IMG/VR virus record: IMGVR_UViG_3300017779_003527
Span: 1-53,778 of that record
From: a virus
Lineage: Duplodnaviria; Caudoviricetes
Strand: one strand, 5' to 3'
Length of the DNA stretch: 53,778 nt
Every line of letters begins with the position of its first letter. The stretch's first letter is position 1. The notes under the pieces are model-generated. The model ran no database searches. It was not told the DNA's origin and was given only the letters and a program-made list of their open reading frames with translations. The position numbers were made by a program, and so were the translations under genes. Below are positions 25,589 to 35,290 of the stretch, in pieces.

Positions 25589-26497
25589 ATGCCAAATAAT
25601 CCGGACACACCATTTAGATTAGATCATCCTCTCCAAGACTATAAAGAACATAGTATAAGAGATAACTTTGATCCTTTAATAATCAATTGGAAAGGTAAAA
25701 TAGGTTACGGTGATATCATATCACCAATTTCGTATGCATATAATATGGCAGAAAAGAACAGTTCAGATGTAGTTCTGAAATTCCATTGGCCAGATCCTGA
25801 ACCTAAATTATACAAAGAATCAGATACAGAAACTATCCAACAATGGATATCTATAACAAATAACATAATAAAGAAACCTCCTTTCTGGGATGTAGGAATA
25901 GAACACGTATATGATAGTCCTCTAGGATACAATCATGATAATTATGATGCACAGGATATGGAGCTTCATAACATGAGATTCTCTCAATATGGGATGAATG
26001 ATGGGGACAATGCTTTTAGTACATACAATAAAATTACTATGGTTACTAGCATTAAACACAAACAACAATTAGCTGACTACGACGCTGGCAAAGCATGGAA
26101 GGACCCGCTCGCAAACACACCTTCTGGAATGGCTTGGCCAAGAGTAGGAGACCTAATTAAGAAACGTGGATGGGATCCTAGACACGTACATTATGCAACA
26201 CCAATGAAAAAAGTTGTTGATTTAATGTTGCAAAGTAGGGGTGTTATAGGGTATCATGGAGCCCATATGTGGATTGCTAGATTATTAGGCATGCCAATGA
26301 TTATATTTTCAAAAGGCAACTTAACTAAAAAAGCATTCCCATGGGCAATAATATTTGAATACTGGAGTGATTATAACCCAGAACTTACTGAAGAATATTT
26401 TCAGCAAAGTATACAAAAGAGAGAGGAATGGATACATGAGTACAAATACTGGCTCACTGAACCGAATTTTCATAGGCTACGACAGCAGAGAACGTAG
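25589..26497 (+). CDS. GT9-like glycosyltransferase
   Basis: GTG start; GKIGYGDIISP and VIGYHGAHMWIARLLGMPMIIFS resemble GT9 N- and C-terminal motifs. Confidence 0.6.
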   Translation: MPNNPDTPFRLDHPLQDYKEHSIRDNFDPLIINWKGKIGYGDIISPISYAYNMAEKNSSDVVLKFHWPDPEPKLYKESDTETIQQWISITNNIIKKPPFWDVGIEHVYDSPLGYNHDNYDAQDMELHNMRFSQYGMNDGDNAFSTYNKITMVTSIKHKQQLADYDAGKAWKDPLANTPSGMAWPRVGDLIKKRGWDPRHVHYATPMKKVVDLMLQSRGVIGYHGAHMWIARLLGMPMIIFSKGNLTKKAFPWAIIFEYWSDYNPELTEEYFQQSIQKREEWIHEYKYWLTEPNFHRLRQQRT

Positions 26498-27140
26498 AGC
26501 TTATGATGTCTGTAAGAGTAGTTTAAAATATACTACACTATCAGTACATAAACTTTTTAGTGAAGATATAGAAGAATATAGTAGGGATTGGGGTGAAGTC
26601 CAATCCACTGACTTTACGTTTACAAGATTCTTTGTACCATATCTATCTGGATTCAAAGGATGGTCATTCTTTGTTGACTGTGACTTTCTTTTCTTAGCAG
26701 ATCCTGCTATGCTAATAGATACTTTTGATAACGACAAAGCTGCTTATGTTTGTAAACATCCAGGATATATTCCTAACAGTCAAATAAAGATGGATGGCAT
26801 TCCACAACACAGAGCATTCAGAAAGAACTGGGCTAGCTTTATGGCATTTAATAATGAGCATCCAAGTAATGCAATACTAACACCAGAGTATTGTAATAAC
26901 CATAGACCAGGATTGGACTTCCATCAACTTAGATGGTTAAAGGATGGAGAGATTGGATCAATACCATTAGAGTGGAATTGTTTAGATGAGTATTATCATT
27001 TAGAGAATCCAAAAGCAATACACTATACAGATGGTGGTCCGTGGTTCCCTGATTACCAAGATACGTTCTATGGTGATCTATGGAAAGAAGCAGAACATAA
27101 TTTAATTATGCAAAGAGAATGGGAAAAAGATGAAGTCTAA
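26436..27140 (+). CDS. GT-A (GT8-like) glycosyltransferase
   Basis: IFIGYDSRE, STDFTFTRFFVPYL, FVDCDFL (DxD), RKNWAS, HYTDGGPWF. Confidence 0.88.
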   Translation: MSTNTGSLNRIFIGYDSRERRAYDVCKSSLKYTTLSVHKLFSEDIEEYSRDWGEVQSTDFTFTRFFVPYLSGFKGWSFFVDCDFLFLADPAMLIDTFDNDKAAYVCKHPGYIPNSQIKMDGIPQHRAFRKNWASFMAFNNEHPSNAILTPEYCNNHRPGLDFHQLRWLKDGEIGSIPLEWNCLDEYYHLENPKAIHYTDGGPWFPDYQDTFYGDLWKEAEHNLIMQREWEKDEV

Positions 27141-27927
27141 AACTTTAAATGATATAACTGTTATAATGACTTGGTATGGCCAAGAGAATCATTTGTTCAA
27201 TCAAATGCAATTCTATAATTCTATGGCACAGCAGTATCCTCATTTAACTCCTAGACTAATAGTAATAAATGATGGTCATGAAAAAGGCAGAGACTATTTT
27301 AGAGAAGTAATTAAAGTACACAGAGATAGATTTGATCTTACGGGTATTGATGTAATGAAAGATATGGGATTCAATTCTCATGCTTGTAGAAACATAGGCG
27401 TTAAGCAATGTAAGACTGACTGGATGTTATTAATGGACGTTGATTGCTTTGAGTCCATTGGAATGTACAAGTATTTAAGATTCTTTAAAGAATTAAAAGA
27501 TAGCATGTGGTATGCTCCTAAAGCAGATATGGAGATGCCGGAAGAAATGTCTTCATATGAATTGTTGGATCCCAAAGGAATAATTAAATATGTGACACAT
27601 CCTAATACATGGATAATGAGCAAAGAATGTTTTTGGTCCACAGGTGGATATGATTTAGAGTTTCAGGGTGTAAGGCATGGTGATGCAGAATTCTTTACTG
27701 GTATTGGAAGACCAGGTGTTAAAGAATGGGATTATGATTTGCTATCTGATTCTGATAACCATAGAATGATTGTTAAGGTTCCAAAGAGGGATCCATTTTA
27801 TATTAGACAGGAGTCAAGAAAGCAGAAACAAGCATCTCCAATAATAAACTTTGTAAGGGTTAAGAATCTAGATCCTTATAAAAAATATAGGAAAAGATTA
27901 TGGAACACTCCATGGGAGTTTGTGTGA
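27130..27927 (+). CDS. GT2/GT7-like glycosyltransferase
   Basis: LIVINDG, CRNIG, LLMDVD, GGYDLEF.G....DAEF. Confidence 0.85.
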   Translation: MKSKTLNDITVIMTWYGQENHLFNQMQFYNSMAQQYPHLTPRLIVINDGHEKGRDYFREVIKVHRDRFDLTGIDVMKDMGFNSHACRNIGVKQCKTDWMLLMDVDCFESIGMYKYLRFFKELKDSMWYAPKADMEMPEEMSSYELLDPKGIIKYVTHPNTWIMSKECFWSTGGYDLEFQGVRHGDAEFFTGIGRPGVKEWDYDLLSDSDNHRMIVKVPKRDPFYIRQESRKQKQASPIINFVRVKNLDPYKKYRKRLWNTPWEFV

Positions 27928-28187
27928 GCAAGAAACAAGTAGAGCTGAAAGTATTATCATCAGCTGAATTTGCTCGTGCTATTGAAGAAGCTGTAGTAGA
28001 TGCAAAAGGTAAGATAACTCACCTTGATGCAGTACAAGACTTTTTAGAAAGAAACGAAGAAGTAGAACCAGAAACACTGGCGTCTCTAATACAGAGAAAT
28101 CAAAAGCTAAAGGCAATCTTGTATGAGAACGCAGAAGGATTAAACCTCGTTCAAAAACAAAGTAGATTACCTTTAGATGAAGAATAA
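27924..28187 (+). CDS. gp33: late transcription co-activator gp33
   Basis: F...IEE.V......LDAV....E..E.E....LI...LK..L..NAE.LNL....RLP pattern; lies before gp59/gp32; GTGA-coupled start. Confidence 0.8.
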   Translation: MSKKQVELKVLSSAEFARAIEEAVVDAKGKITHLDAVQDFLERNEEVEPETLASLIQRNQKLKAILYENAEGLNLVQKQSRLPLDEE

Positions 28188-28959
28188 ACCGTACGATTTA
28201 AAAGATGTAGATTGCATACTAGCCATGTCTGGCGGTATGGATTGTGTTGCATTATTACATTGGCTTTTAAAGAATGGAAGAAAGCCATACATCTTTAGAT
28301 ACGAGTTTTCATCCAACAAAAAAACCAATGCATGGCATAGATCAGCAATAAAAAAAATAGAAGACTATTATAATGTTAAGGTAATTAATTGGAAATTAGA
28401 GCCAGAACACAATCTCAATGGCTTTGTAGACAGAGAAAGAACAAAAAAATACAATAAAGATAAACCTAGAACAAGAGGCATATCTAATACAATACCAATA
28501 TTATCTAAATGGCCTGCAATAGCATATATGATTAATTTTGCAAATCCATGGATTAAAGAAATACATTTTGGAATGTGCTATGGAGGATTGCTAAAGTTTA
28601 ATGATGGCCATAGTGATAATTTATATGATTATAACGACGATGGGGTATTAGAACGAATACCTGCAATGCCATTTGGACTAGACGCAACCAACTATGATGA
28701 TAGGCATAAAAAATTATTTGATGGATACATCAGCAATCTTAAAGACTACGGAATACATACAGAGTTTAAATCACCTATAGGTCATAGAACTAAACTACAT
28801 TTATGGAACACGTTACCAAGAGAAATGCAAAAAGCTGTTGTCACTTGTGGCGAACCAGTGTATAATAAAGATAATACAAAAGTAATTGGTGAATGCGGCA
28901 AGTGTATTAAGTGTCGCGAATTAAATGGAGTAAAGAACTTTGCTGCAAGGCAGGCTTAA
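28177..28959 (+). CDS. QueC-like PP-loop ATPase
   Basis: LAMSGGMDC PP-loop and C-terminal TC...CGKCIKC zinc site. Confidence 0.75.
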   Translation: MKNKPYDLKDVDCILAMSGGMDCVALLHWLLKNGRKPYIFRYEFSSNKKTNAWHRSAIKKIEDYYNVKVINWKLEPEHNLNGFVDRERTKKYNKDKPRTRGISNTIPILSKWPAIAYMINFANPWIKEIHFGMCYGGLLKFNDGHSDNLYDYNDDGVLERIPAMPFGLDATNYDDRHKKLFDGYISNLKDYGIHTEFKSPIGHRTKLHLWNTLPREMQKAVVTCGEPVYNKDNTKVIGECGKCIKCRELNGVKNFAARQA

Positions 28960-28963
28960 ACAA

Positions 28964-29545
28964 GTGGACCCATATGACGCATATGTAAAATACTTAGCAC
29001 TGAAGTCTCACTTTAGTGACAAGAACTACGACTATTTTAAATACAATGGTAAAGTCAAAGCCTGGCGTCAGACATTTGAAACAAGAAAAGACAAATACTT
29101 TTTCTATAAATTAAGCAAGAAGAAAGACCCAGTGGAGTTTCTTGTAGCTAACTTTATAGGTAGTAAAGATTTTTATATTGGCAGTATAAGAGAAGATAGT
29201 GCTGAAGACATCTACATGGAATATAAAAAGAGACATCAATCTCTAACTTATATTTTTAAAGGCGATATAGCTAAAATGAAAGATGACTTTAATGACAATA
29301 TCATTGTGCCTAAGAACGAGCATCCATATCTATTGAGATTATATATGCGTGGAGATATTTGTATTGAAACGTTGACTTTAATTAATAGATGTTGTAAAAT
29401 GTTCGCATATTGGGATAAAGAATTAAGTGATGATATTATGTGGCCTGACATTAAATTAAAAGCCATAAAGTACGAACCTTTTCTTAATGTTGATATAAAT
29501 AAGTATAGGGAGATAATACTCTCTAATTTTAATAAAACGCAATAA
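28964..29545 (+). CDS. gp59: helicase loader gp59
   Basis: AYVKYLALKSHF...YDYFKYNGK, FETRKDKYFF.KL, I.IETL. Confidence 0.92.
   Translation: MDPYDAYVKYLALKSHFSDKNYDYFKYNGKVKAWRQTFETRKDKYFFYKLSKKKDPVEFLVANFIGSKDFYIGSIREDSAEDIYMEYKKRHQSLTYIFKGDIAKMKDDFNDNIIVPKNEHPYLLRLYMRGDICIETLTLINRCCKMFAYWDKELSDDIMWPDIKLKAIKYEPFLNVDINKYREIILSNFNKTQ
29494..29501 (+). promoter_or_regulatory. T4-type late promoter upstream of gp32
   Basis: TATAAATA about 70 nt before the gp32 start. Confidence 0.45.
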
Positions 29546-29573
29546 ATCGCATACAACGTATATAGGAGTAAAT

Positions 29574-30473
29574 ATGACTGATTCATTCGGCGCACTCAAG
29601 CGCAATAGAGCTGAAGGTTTTGATAAGCTGACAGCATCCCTTAATAAACTACAATCTAAGTCTAGCGGACCTGGACCTGATGAGCGTTTCTGGAAACCAG
29701 AAGTCGACAAAGCAGGTAATGGTTATGCTGTGATTAGATTCCTACCTGAGTCTGAAGGAGAGGATGTCCCGTTCGTAAGAATATGGGATCATGGCTTCCA
29801 AGGAACTGGTGGTTGGTATATTGAGAACTCTCTGACCACTCTTGGCCAAAAAGATCCAGTATCTGAGTATAACTCAATGTTATGGAACTCTGGTATTGAA
29901 ACCAATAAAGATAAAGCTAGAAAACAGAAAAGACGTTTGTCTTTCATTTCTAATATCTATGTTGTTAAAGATCCATCTAATCCAGAAAATGAAGGAAAAG
30001 TATTCCTTTACAAGTTTGGTAAAAAAATCTTTGACAAACTAAACGAATCTATGAACCCGCAGTTTGAAGATGAGTCGCCAATCAACCCATTTGATTTATG
30101 GGAAGGTGCTGACTTTAAACTAAAGATTAGAAACGTAGAAGGATTTAGAAACTATGACAAATCTGAGCTAGATGTTTCAGCTCCTTTATCTGACGATGAC
30201 GAGCAATTAGAGCAAGTATGGAAATCACAACATTCTCTACAAGAGTTTGTTAATCCTACTAACTTTAAAACTTATGAGGAACTTCAATCGAAGCTCAATA
30301 GAGTGTTAGGTCTTGATGGAGCAGCTCCATCTACAACAGCAGAATCTAGTTTTGGTTCTGAGCCAGCAGCTGAAATACCATCAGCTCCAGCAGCACCTGT
30401 TGCACCAGAAGTTATGTCATCAGAATCTGATGATGAGTCTTTAGATTTCTTTAAGAAATTAGCCGAAGACTAA
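29574..30473 (+). CDS. gp32: single-stranded DNA-binding protein gp32
   Basis: DERFWKP..DKAGNGYAVIRFLP, GWYIENSLTT, V.DP..PENEGKVFLYKFGKKIFDK, acidic tail. Confidence 0.97.
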   Translation: MTDSFGALKRNRAEGFDKLTASLNKLQSKSSGPGPDERFWKPEVDKAGNGYAVIRFLPESEGEDVPFVRIWDHGFQGTGGWYIENSLTTLGQKDPVSEYNSMLWNSGIETNKDKARKQKRRLSFISNIYVVKDPSNPENEGKVFLYKFGKKIFDKLNESMNPQFEDESPINPFDLWEGADFKLKIRNVEGFRNYDKSELDVSAPLSDDDEQLEQVWKSQHSLQEFVNPTNFKTYEELQSKLNRVLGLDGAAPSTTAESSFGSEPAAEIPSAPAAPVAPEVMSSESDDESLDFFKKLAED

Positions 30474-32345
30474 TTACTGAGCACCAACATAGAAACCGCG
30501 TGAGGTAGTGGGCGAACCACCCTCATGCGTTATGTTAGTTGATTTGACACTAGAGTTTTGATTGTTATTAACTGACATTGCTGTATTGACATTCTGATCG
30601 CCACCTTTAGATGCAGCTGCATCAGCAGCTCTTTGTTCATCGGTAGCGTCACCTGTTTGGTCGCTAAGATCATTTCCTTTAATACCAGCAGTCTCACCAA
30701 AGAAATCTTGCATACTTGTTTCTGCAGCTTCTGAAGCTGCCATTTCATCTTTAGCTTTCTGAGCTCCAGCAAGGGTAGCTATAATATGAGGTGTAGCACC
30801 ACCTTTCTTAGAGTGTGATCTACCCACTAGCTGCATTGTTTCTGGATCATACATGTTGAAAGATCCATTGTCATTAGGAACTTTATCTACTAGATATTCG
30901 TCATCATGTCTCCACCCATCAATAGACTTGAAATTACTCATTAGAACCATTGGAGTACCATCTTGATCTTGTACTGTAACTTCTGAACTGCCTGCTTCTA
31001 TGTTTTGCTTTTCAGCCATTTCATATATTTTTTTAGCAGCTTCTAATTCATCATCTTCTTGCTTTTCTTTAAACTTGTCTTTGTTAGCCTTCATTTCTGC
31101 GGCTTCTGTTTTATTAAGGTTTCCTAGTTCGAGCTGAGCATCTATCTGTTTATCAATTTGTTCATCGGACATACTAAAATCAACAAATGCAGCCTTCTCG
31201 TCTGATTGATCCCTTTCTGCATAATCCACTTTAAGAGCTCTTACTTCATCACCTTTACCAAATAGGCTGGCCAACATTGCCACCCCTTCAATAATTCCAT
31301 TCCAGACTCCTATAAAGATATTAATAAATCCATATACTACATCAACCAAAGCATCAATAATTCCAGAATCTACTAGCCCTTGGAATACAGCTGCTATTAT
31401 ACTAAGGACTGCACTAATTGCATTTATAACAATTTCAAGAACAGGCATTAGCGCTTGAACAACTTCCATTATAACATCTATAATTATTGCAAGGACATCC
31501 ATTATTGGAGGTAGGAATGCAGAGATTGCATCAACAACTATCGTCAGTACTTCGGCAAATACTGGTAATACCTTTTCAACTACTATACCGACTATTTGTT
31601 TGAATACCTCAAACACTTTATTGAACAAATTCTTTATAGCAGAGAACATGCCCTCATTAGCAGTTAATAAAGTACCAACTAATAATCCAGCTATTAAGAA
31701 GCCCTTTGCCAGTCCTTTTAAGAAGTCTGTTATTACTTTAAATGTCTTACCTATGGCGCCTTTTTCTTTTTTGACTTCCTCACCTTTTTCATCATCACCT
31801 TTCTTAGTCTTCTTGCCATCATCACCTTTCTTAGTTCGCTTATCTTCATCTCCATCAAGCATTTTTTTGTAAATATCAGTTACTGCGTAATAGATTTCAG
31901 TTAATATTTCTTTTGTTGCATCATCAGCATCTCTTGTATCTTCTGCCTCTTCGTTGACGACTTCTGCCATTTCATCTTTAACTTCTTCTCCCTGCTGCTC
32001 GGCATCAGGGACTTGCTCAAGCTCTTCAACTTGTTCTGCGTTTTCTTCTGACTCCATAGCTGCAAGGATTGCATCCATTTCATCATGAAACTCTTTTTGA
32101 AATTGGTCGTTTTGTTTGTGTATTTGATCAGCTTTAAGTTTTATTGCTCTTGTATGAGCATCAATAAAACCTAACTTAGGAATGTAGTTTTTCATGATCT
32201 CTGTAAACTCCATTATCTTTTGGAGTTGCTCGACCATTGTATCTTCTACATCTTTTATGCCTTTAGCCATAGCCTCAGATTCAGGAGAAGCACTACTTGG
32301 TCTTCCCTTATTCGGATCTGTGTTTGGGGCTGCAGGCAGTGCCAT
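30474..32345 (-). CDS. tape measure / baseplate hub protein (gp29-like)
   Basis: 623 aa, helical, with central amphipathic Pro-punctuated repeats; downstream of gp26/gp51. Confidence 0.65.
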   Translation of the reverse strand: MALPAAPNTDPNKGRPSSASPESEAMAKGIKDVEDTMVEQLQKIMEFTEIMKNYIPKLGFIDAHTRAIKLKADQIHKQNDQFQKEFHDEMDAILAAMESEENAEQVEELEQVPDAEQQGEEVKDEMAEVVNEEAEDTRDADDATKEILTEIYYAVTDIYKKMLDGDEDKRTKKGDDGKKTKKGDDEKGEEVKKEKGAIGKTFKVITDFLKGLAKGFLIAGLLVGTLLTANEGMFSAIKNLFNKVFEVFKQIVGIVVEKVLPVFAEVLTIVVDAISAFLPPIMDVLAIIIDVIMEVVQALMPVLEIVINAISAVLSIIAAVFQGLVDSGIIDALVDVVYGFINIFIGVWNGIIEGVAMLASLFGKGDEVRALKVDYAERDQSDEKAAFVDFSMSDEQIDKQIDAQLELGNLNKTEAAEMKANKDKFKEKQEDDELEAAKKIYEMAEKQNIEAGSSEVTVQDQDGTPMVLMSNFKSIDGWRHDDEYLVDKVPNDNGSFNMYDPETMQLVGRSHSKKGGATPHIIATLAGAQKAKDEMAASEAAETSMQDFFGETAGIKGNDLSDQTGDATDEQRAADAAASKGGDQNVNTAMSVNNNQNSSVKSTNITHEGGSPTTSRGFYVGAQ

Positions 32346-32348
32346 TTA

Positions 32349-32726
32349 TTACTTTCCGCTTCCGTTGATTTTGTCTTTAGCTGTTCCAGCATATAGACCA
32401 AACCAAGCTGCACCAGCACCAACTACGATACTGATAAGTCCCGATTGTTCCATGGTAGGATCTGGCAATTCCATGAACCACATAGTACAGTAGTACAATA
32501 AGAATATGTAAACACTTAAAAATGCTCTTGGGAATATTCTCCAGGAATCAACCATGTTAGAAAGGAATATCCATCTTTGCCATGGATTATCAGGTTCTTT
32601 ATTAGCCTTTAAGTCTACAATCTCTGCTTTTAGATTAGAGTTTTCTGTTACAAGCTCCATGAATTTATTAAGATCAATCTCGACCTCATTACGACTCATG
32701 TCACCACTAAATTTTTCATCTGCCAT
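32349..32726 (-). CDS. two-TM membrane protein
   Basis: DSWRIFPRAF...WFMELPDPT.EQSGLISIVVGAGAAWFGLY; GGGT RBS. Confidence 0.7.
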   Translation of the reverse strand: MADEKFSGDMSRNEVEIDLNKFMELVTENSNLKAEIVDLKANKEPDNPWQRWIFLSNMVDSWRIFPRAFLSVYIFLLYYCTMWFMELPDPTMEQSGLISIVVGAGAAWFGLYAGTAKDKINGSGK

Positions 32727-32743
32727 TTTGTTACCCTTATAGT

Positions 32744-32980
32744 TTATCTTTTACTAAATTGTTTAAAGTTGGTCCTACGAGGAGTGGGTTTCATCCCGTT
32801 TTTCCTCTGTTCATTCCTTTCCTTTTCCTGCTTTAAATGCTCGGATAACATAGCAACATATAATTCACGCTCATAAGGAATGAGATTTTCAACTTCCGTT
32901 ATACTATATTTATGATGCTGAACCAGTGCAAAGATTAATTCGTAGTAATTTGCCAAGGTATTATGGCTCAGCATTATCAA
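32744..32980 (-). CDS. gp51: baseplate hub assembly protein gp51-like
   Basis: L.NYY...FALVQHHKYSITEVENLIPYERELYV.ML. Confidence 0.85.
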   Translation of the reverse strand: MIMLSHNTLANYYELIFALVQHHKYSITEVENLIPYERELYVAMLSEHLKQEKERNEQRKNGMKPTPRRTNFKQFSKR

Positions 32981-33696
32981 AAAAAATCTGATATGCCTCT
33001 TAGTACTATACTTCTATCATTTCCTAAACTGTTTTTATACTCTAAAGTGTGTTCTAATTTTGGTGCGGTATTAAAGAAATTCTGTACTTGTTCGAAAGAC
33101 TTAATATCCATACCTCTTATGAACTCTTTAGCCTCCTCAATTGTAAAGTCATCATAGACTTCATTTGCATCCCATACCTTAACTAGACAATGAGCAAGAA
33201 GTCCAAATACTGTTTCTGCTTGGCTCTCATCATTAGCTTCAACAGTAGAATCTAAATTCATACCAGACTTCTCTAATGTTCCCATTGTAGGATCTTTAAG
33301 AAGCATTGTAAGATCACCAATAGAAAGCTCATAGCTTCTATTTGGATCTATTGTTGGTTCAATCTCATTGATGTCTAACTCAAAATCATAGAGTTGTTCA
33401 TCTTCTTTATCTTTATACTTTAACTTTACAATATTGTTAACAGACTTGCCTCTTAAGTGCATAAACAAATATTCTATATCTGTTACTGTCAGATCACTAG
33501 GATCAAAGTTTTTAGGACTAAGGACAACATTAGTCAAAACTTGCTTAATTGAATTAAGCTGATCGCCTGCTCCGCCTTCTTTACCGACGAGCAGTAGTTT
33601 CTCTTCTTTTACAAGAAAAGGTCTAAATTTTACTTTTTTCTTTATTACGGGTAGTGTAATTTCAAACTCTGGTTGAGTTATTTTTGGTAGCGCCAT
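32977..33696 (-). CDS. gp26: baseplate hub subunit gp26-like
   Basis: MALPKI..P.F...LP....VKFRPFLVKEEKLLL, DIEYLF..LRGKSV, C-terminal L.GI.DFF. Confidence 0.9.
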   Translation of the reverse strand: MALPKITQPEFEITLPVIKKKVKFRPFLVKEEKLLLVGKEGGAGDQLNSIKQVLTNVVLSPKNFDPSDLTVTDIEYLFMHLRGKSVNNIVKLKYKDKEDEQLYDFELDINEIEPTIDPNRSYELSIGDLTMLLKDPTMGTLEKSGMNLDSTVEANDESQAETVFGLLAHCLVKVWDANEVYDDFTIEEAKEFIRGMDIKSFEQVQNFFNTAPKLEHTLEYKNSLGNDRSIVLRGISDFF

Positions 33697-33716
33697 TATA
33701 TTTCTCCATTATTATA

Positions 33717-34604
33717 TTATCTATTACCACCGAAAGATCCTAAGAAACTTTGTGCGTTAGATAAAACATTTATCACATCGCCAACATTATTAGGTTTCTT
33801 CCAACTTGCTTTCAAAGCTGTTCCAGTCTGTCCTATTCTTAACAATTGCTCCATTGGAGATAACGCTCTATTAGCTAAGAACGATTCGCCGTTGGTTCCT
33901 TCTGGTAGCTGATGGTTTTCAGATACCCAAGTTCTCAATTGCAAGTTAACAGTCAATCTTGCAACTTCATCATTTTGAGCCCAGCCTAATGTCACATCAC
34001 CTATTTGTGAAGGCCAGACTTCATATGCTGTTAAAGTATTTATATGGTTTGCAGCCATATCAAATGTCTTAATTCTTGCGGTAGTGATGTATGAATCTCT
34101 ATATGAAATTTCACCAAATGCAGCACCACTTTCGTTTACCGTGTTGTCTATTGCAGACTCAGGGGCTCCTAAGTGTACAATATTAGATGCCCATTTTTGA
34201 AAGAAGTCTAAATTCCTTCCTCTAGCATCTAACATAAAACTTGCTGATATCTCTGACGGAATAGCACTGACTGCCCTTCTATCAAAAGGTCCAATTGTAT
34301 TTCTTCTATGATCTACTGGTACAACATTAACACCTGGTATGTTAATATTATCACAAAAGAACTGTAACGACTGTGCTGTTTGTGCACTGGCCCAAGCTCC
34401 GCTAGGTACATCTATCTCAACAAGATATCTATTGGCACGTGCCATGCCATTGTTCTGTTCCATTGCACCCAGGAAAGAACCTATATTAAACGATCCGGCA
34501 GGACTGTCTTGTCCTACTGTTCCAGATCCTTTCTTTTCTTTCTTAAGGGCATTACCCTTAGTTAGATTAAATAAATCTTTTGCTATGTCTAGTGCTTTTG
34601 CCAT
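33717..34604 (-). CDS. tail tube initiator (gp54-like, tube fold)
   Basis: ARANRYLVEI, FFCDNINIPG, FFQKW, EVWPSQIG...LGW; position in the tail module. Confidence 0.7.
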   Translation of the reverse strand: MAKALDIAKDLFNLTKGNALKKEKKGSGTVGQDSPAGSFNIGSFLGAMEQNNGMARANRYLVEIDVPSGAWASAQTAQSLQFFCDNINIPGVNVVPVDHRRNTIGPFDRRAVSAIPSEISASFMLDARGRNLDFFQKWASNIVHLGAPESAIDNTVNESGAAFGEISYRDSYITTARIKTFDMAANHINTLTAYEVWPSQIGDVTLGWAQNDEVARLTVNLQLRTWVSENHQLPEGTNGESFLANRALSPMEQLLRIGQTGTALKASWKKPNNVGDVINVLSNAQSFLGSFGGNR

Positions 34605-35290
34605 TACGTTTTAGCCTTGGTCCTGTCTATTTTCTTTCTTGCTCTCTTTTCCATTTGAGAATCCATCCATACTCTATTTATGCCACTCTTCCTAAATCTA
34701 TGCACAGGAAGCATCATAATAGTATCCCATCCTATAGGCGGAACATATAACATTTGTCCGACTATTCTTTTATAGTCATATCTTTTCCAACAAGGCAAGA
34801 AACCTCTCATGTCCATTCTTTTCTTCATGAACTTATAATCAACTCTCTGAGTATTAACTCTAGCCCTAATAGATGATCCAATTTCCTTAGCTTTAACTTC
34901 CGGAAAGATTGAAAACTTATATAACTCATTCATAAGAGTTGCTCTTTCAATGTAAGGTAGATAATGAAAGTTTAGCATTGTAAAATATCCCTTCTCTGGT
35001 TTTACATTCATTATAATACCAACTGGGAACATATCATAATAAGGAAGTTTGTTTGCCATCTTAGGCATATACTTCATCATATACATTCTACCTGGTAGAA
35101 TTCTTTTTGTTCTGTTTGCGCCTGATAATATAGTAGAAGGATTAGCCTCACGTTCCAACTCTGCTAGCTCTCTTAATCTAGTAACTGGATCACCGTTCTC
35201 TTTTGTATATAAATCTTTCATGGATTTGAATTCCATATCGAATTCATCTCCAACAAGGCTTACTAACTTATCAAAAAAATATGCTGGCAT
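34604..35290 (-). CDS. gp2: DNA end protector gp2
   Basis: PGRMYM..Y.PK...LPYYD.FP, LNFHYLP...R, W....MLP. Confidence 0.85.
   Translation of the reverse strand: MPAYFFDKLVSLVGDEFDMEFKSMKDLYTKENGDPVTRLRELAELEREANPSTILSGANRTKRILPGRMYMMKYMPKMANKLPYYDMFPVGIIMNVKPEKGYFTMLNFHYLPYIERATLMNELYKFSIFPEVKAKEIGSSIRARVNTQRVDYKFMKKRMDMRGFLPCWKRYDYKRIVGQMLYVPPIGWDTIMMLPVHRFRKSGINRVWMDSQMEKRARKKIDRTKAKT

Noticed and set aside
31770-31860. Short repeat (KKGDD twice) in the tape-measure-like gene
   Set aside because: A local low-complexity coding duplication, not an array or mobile element
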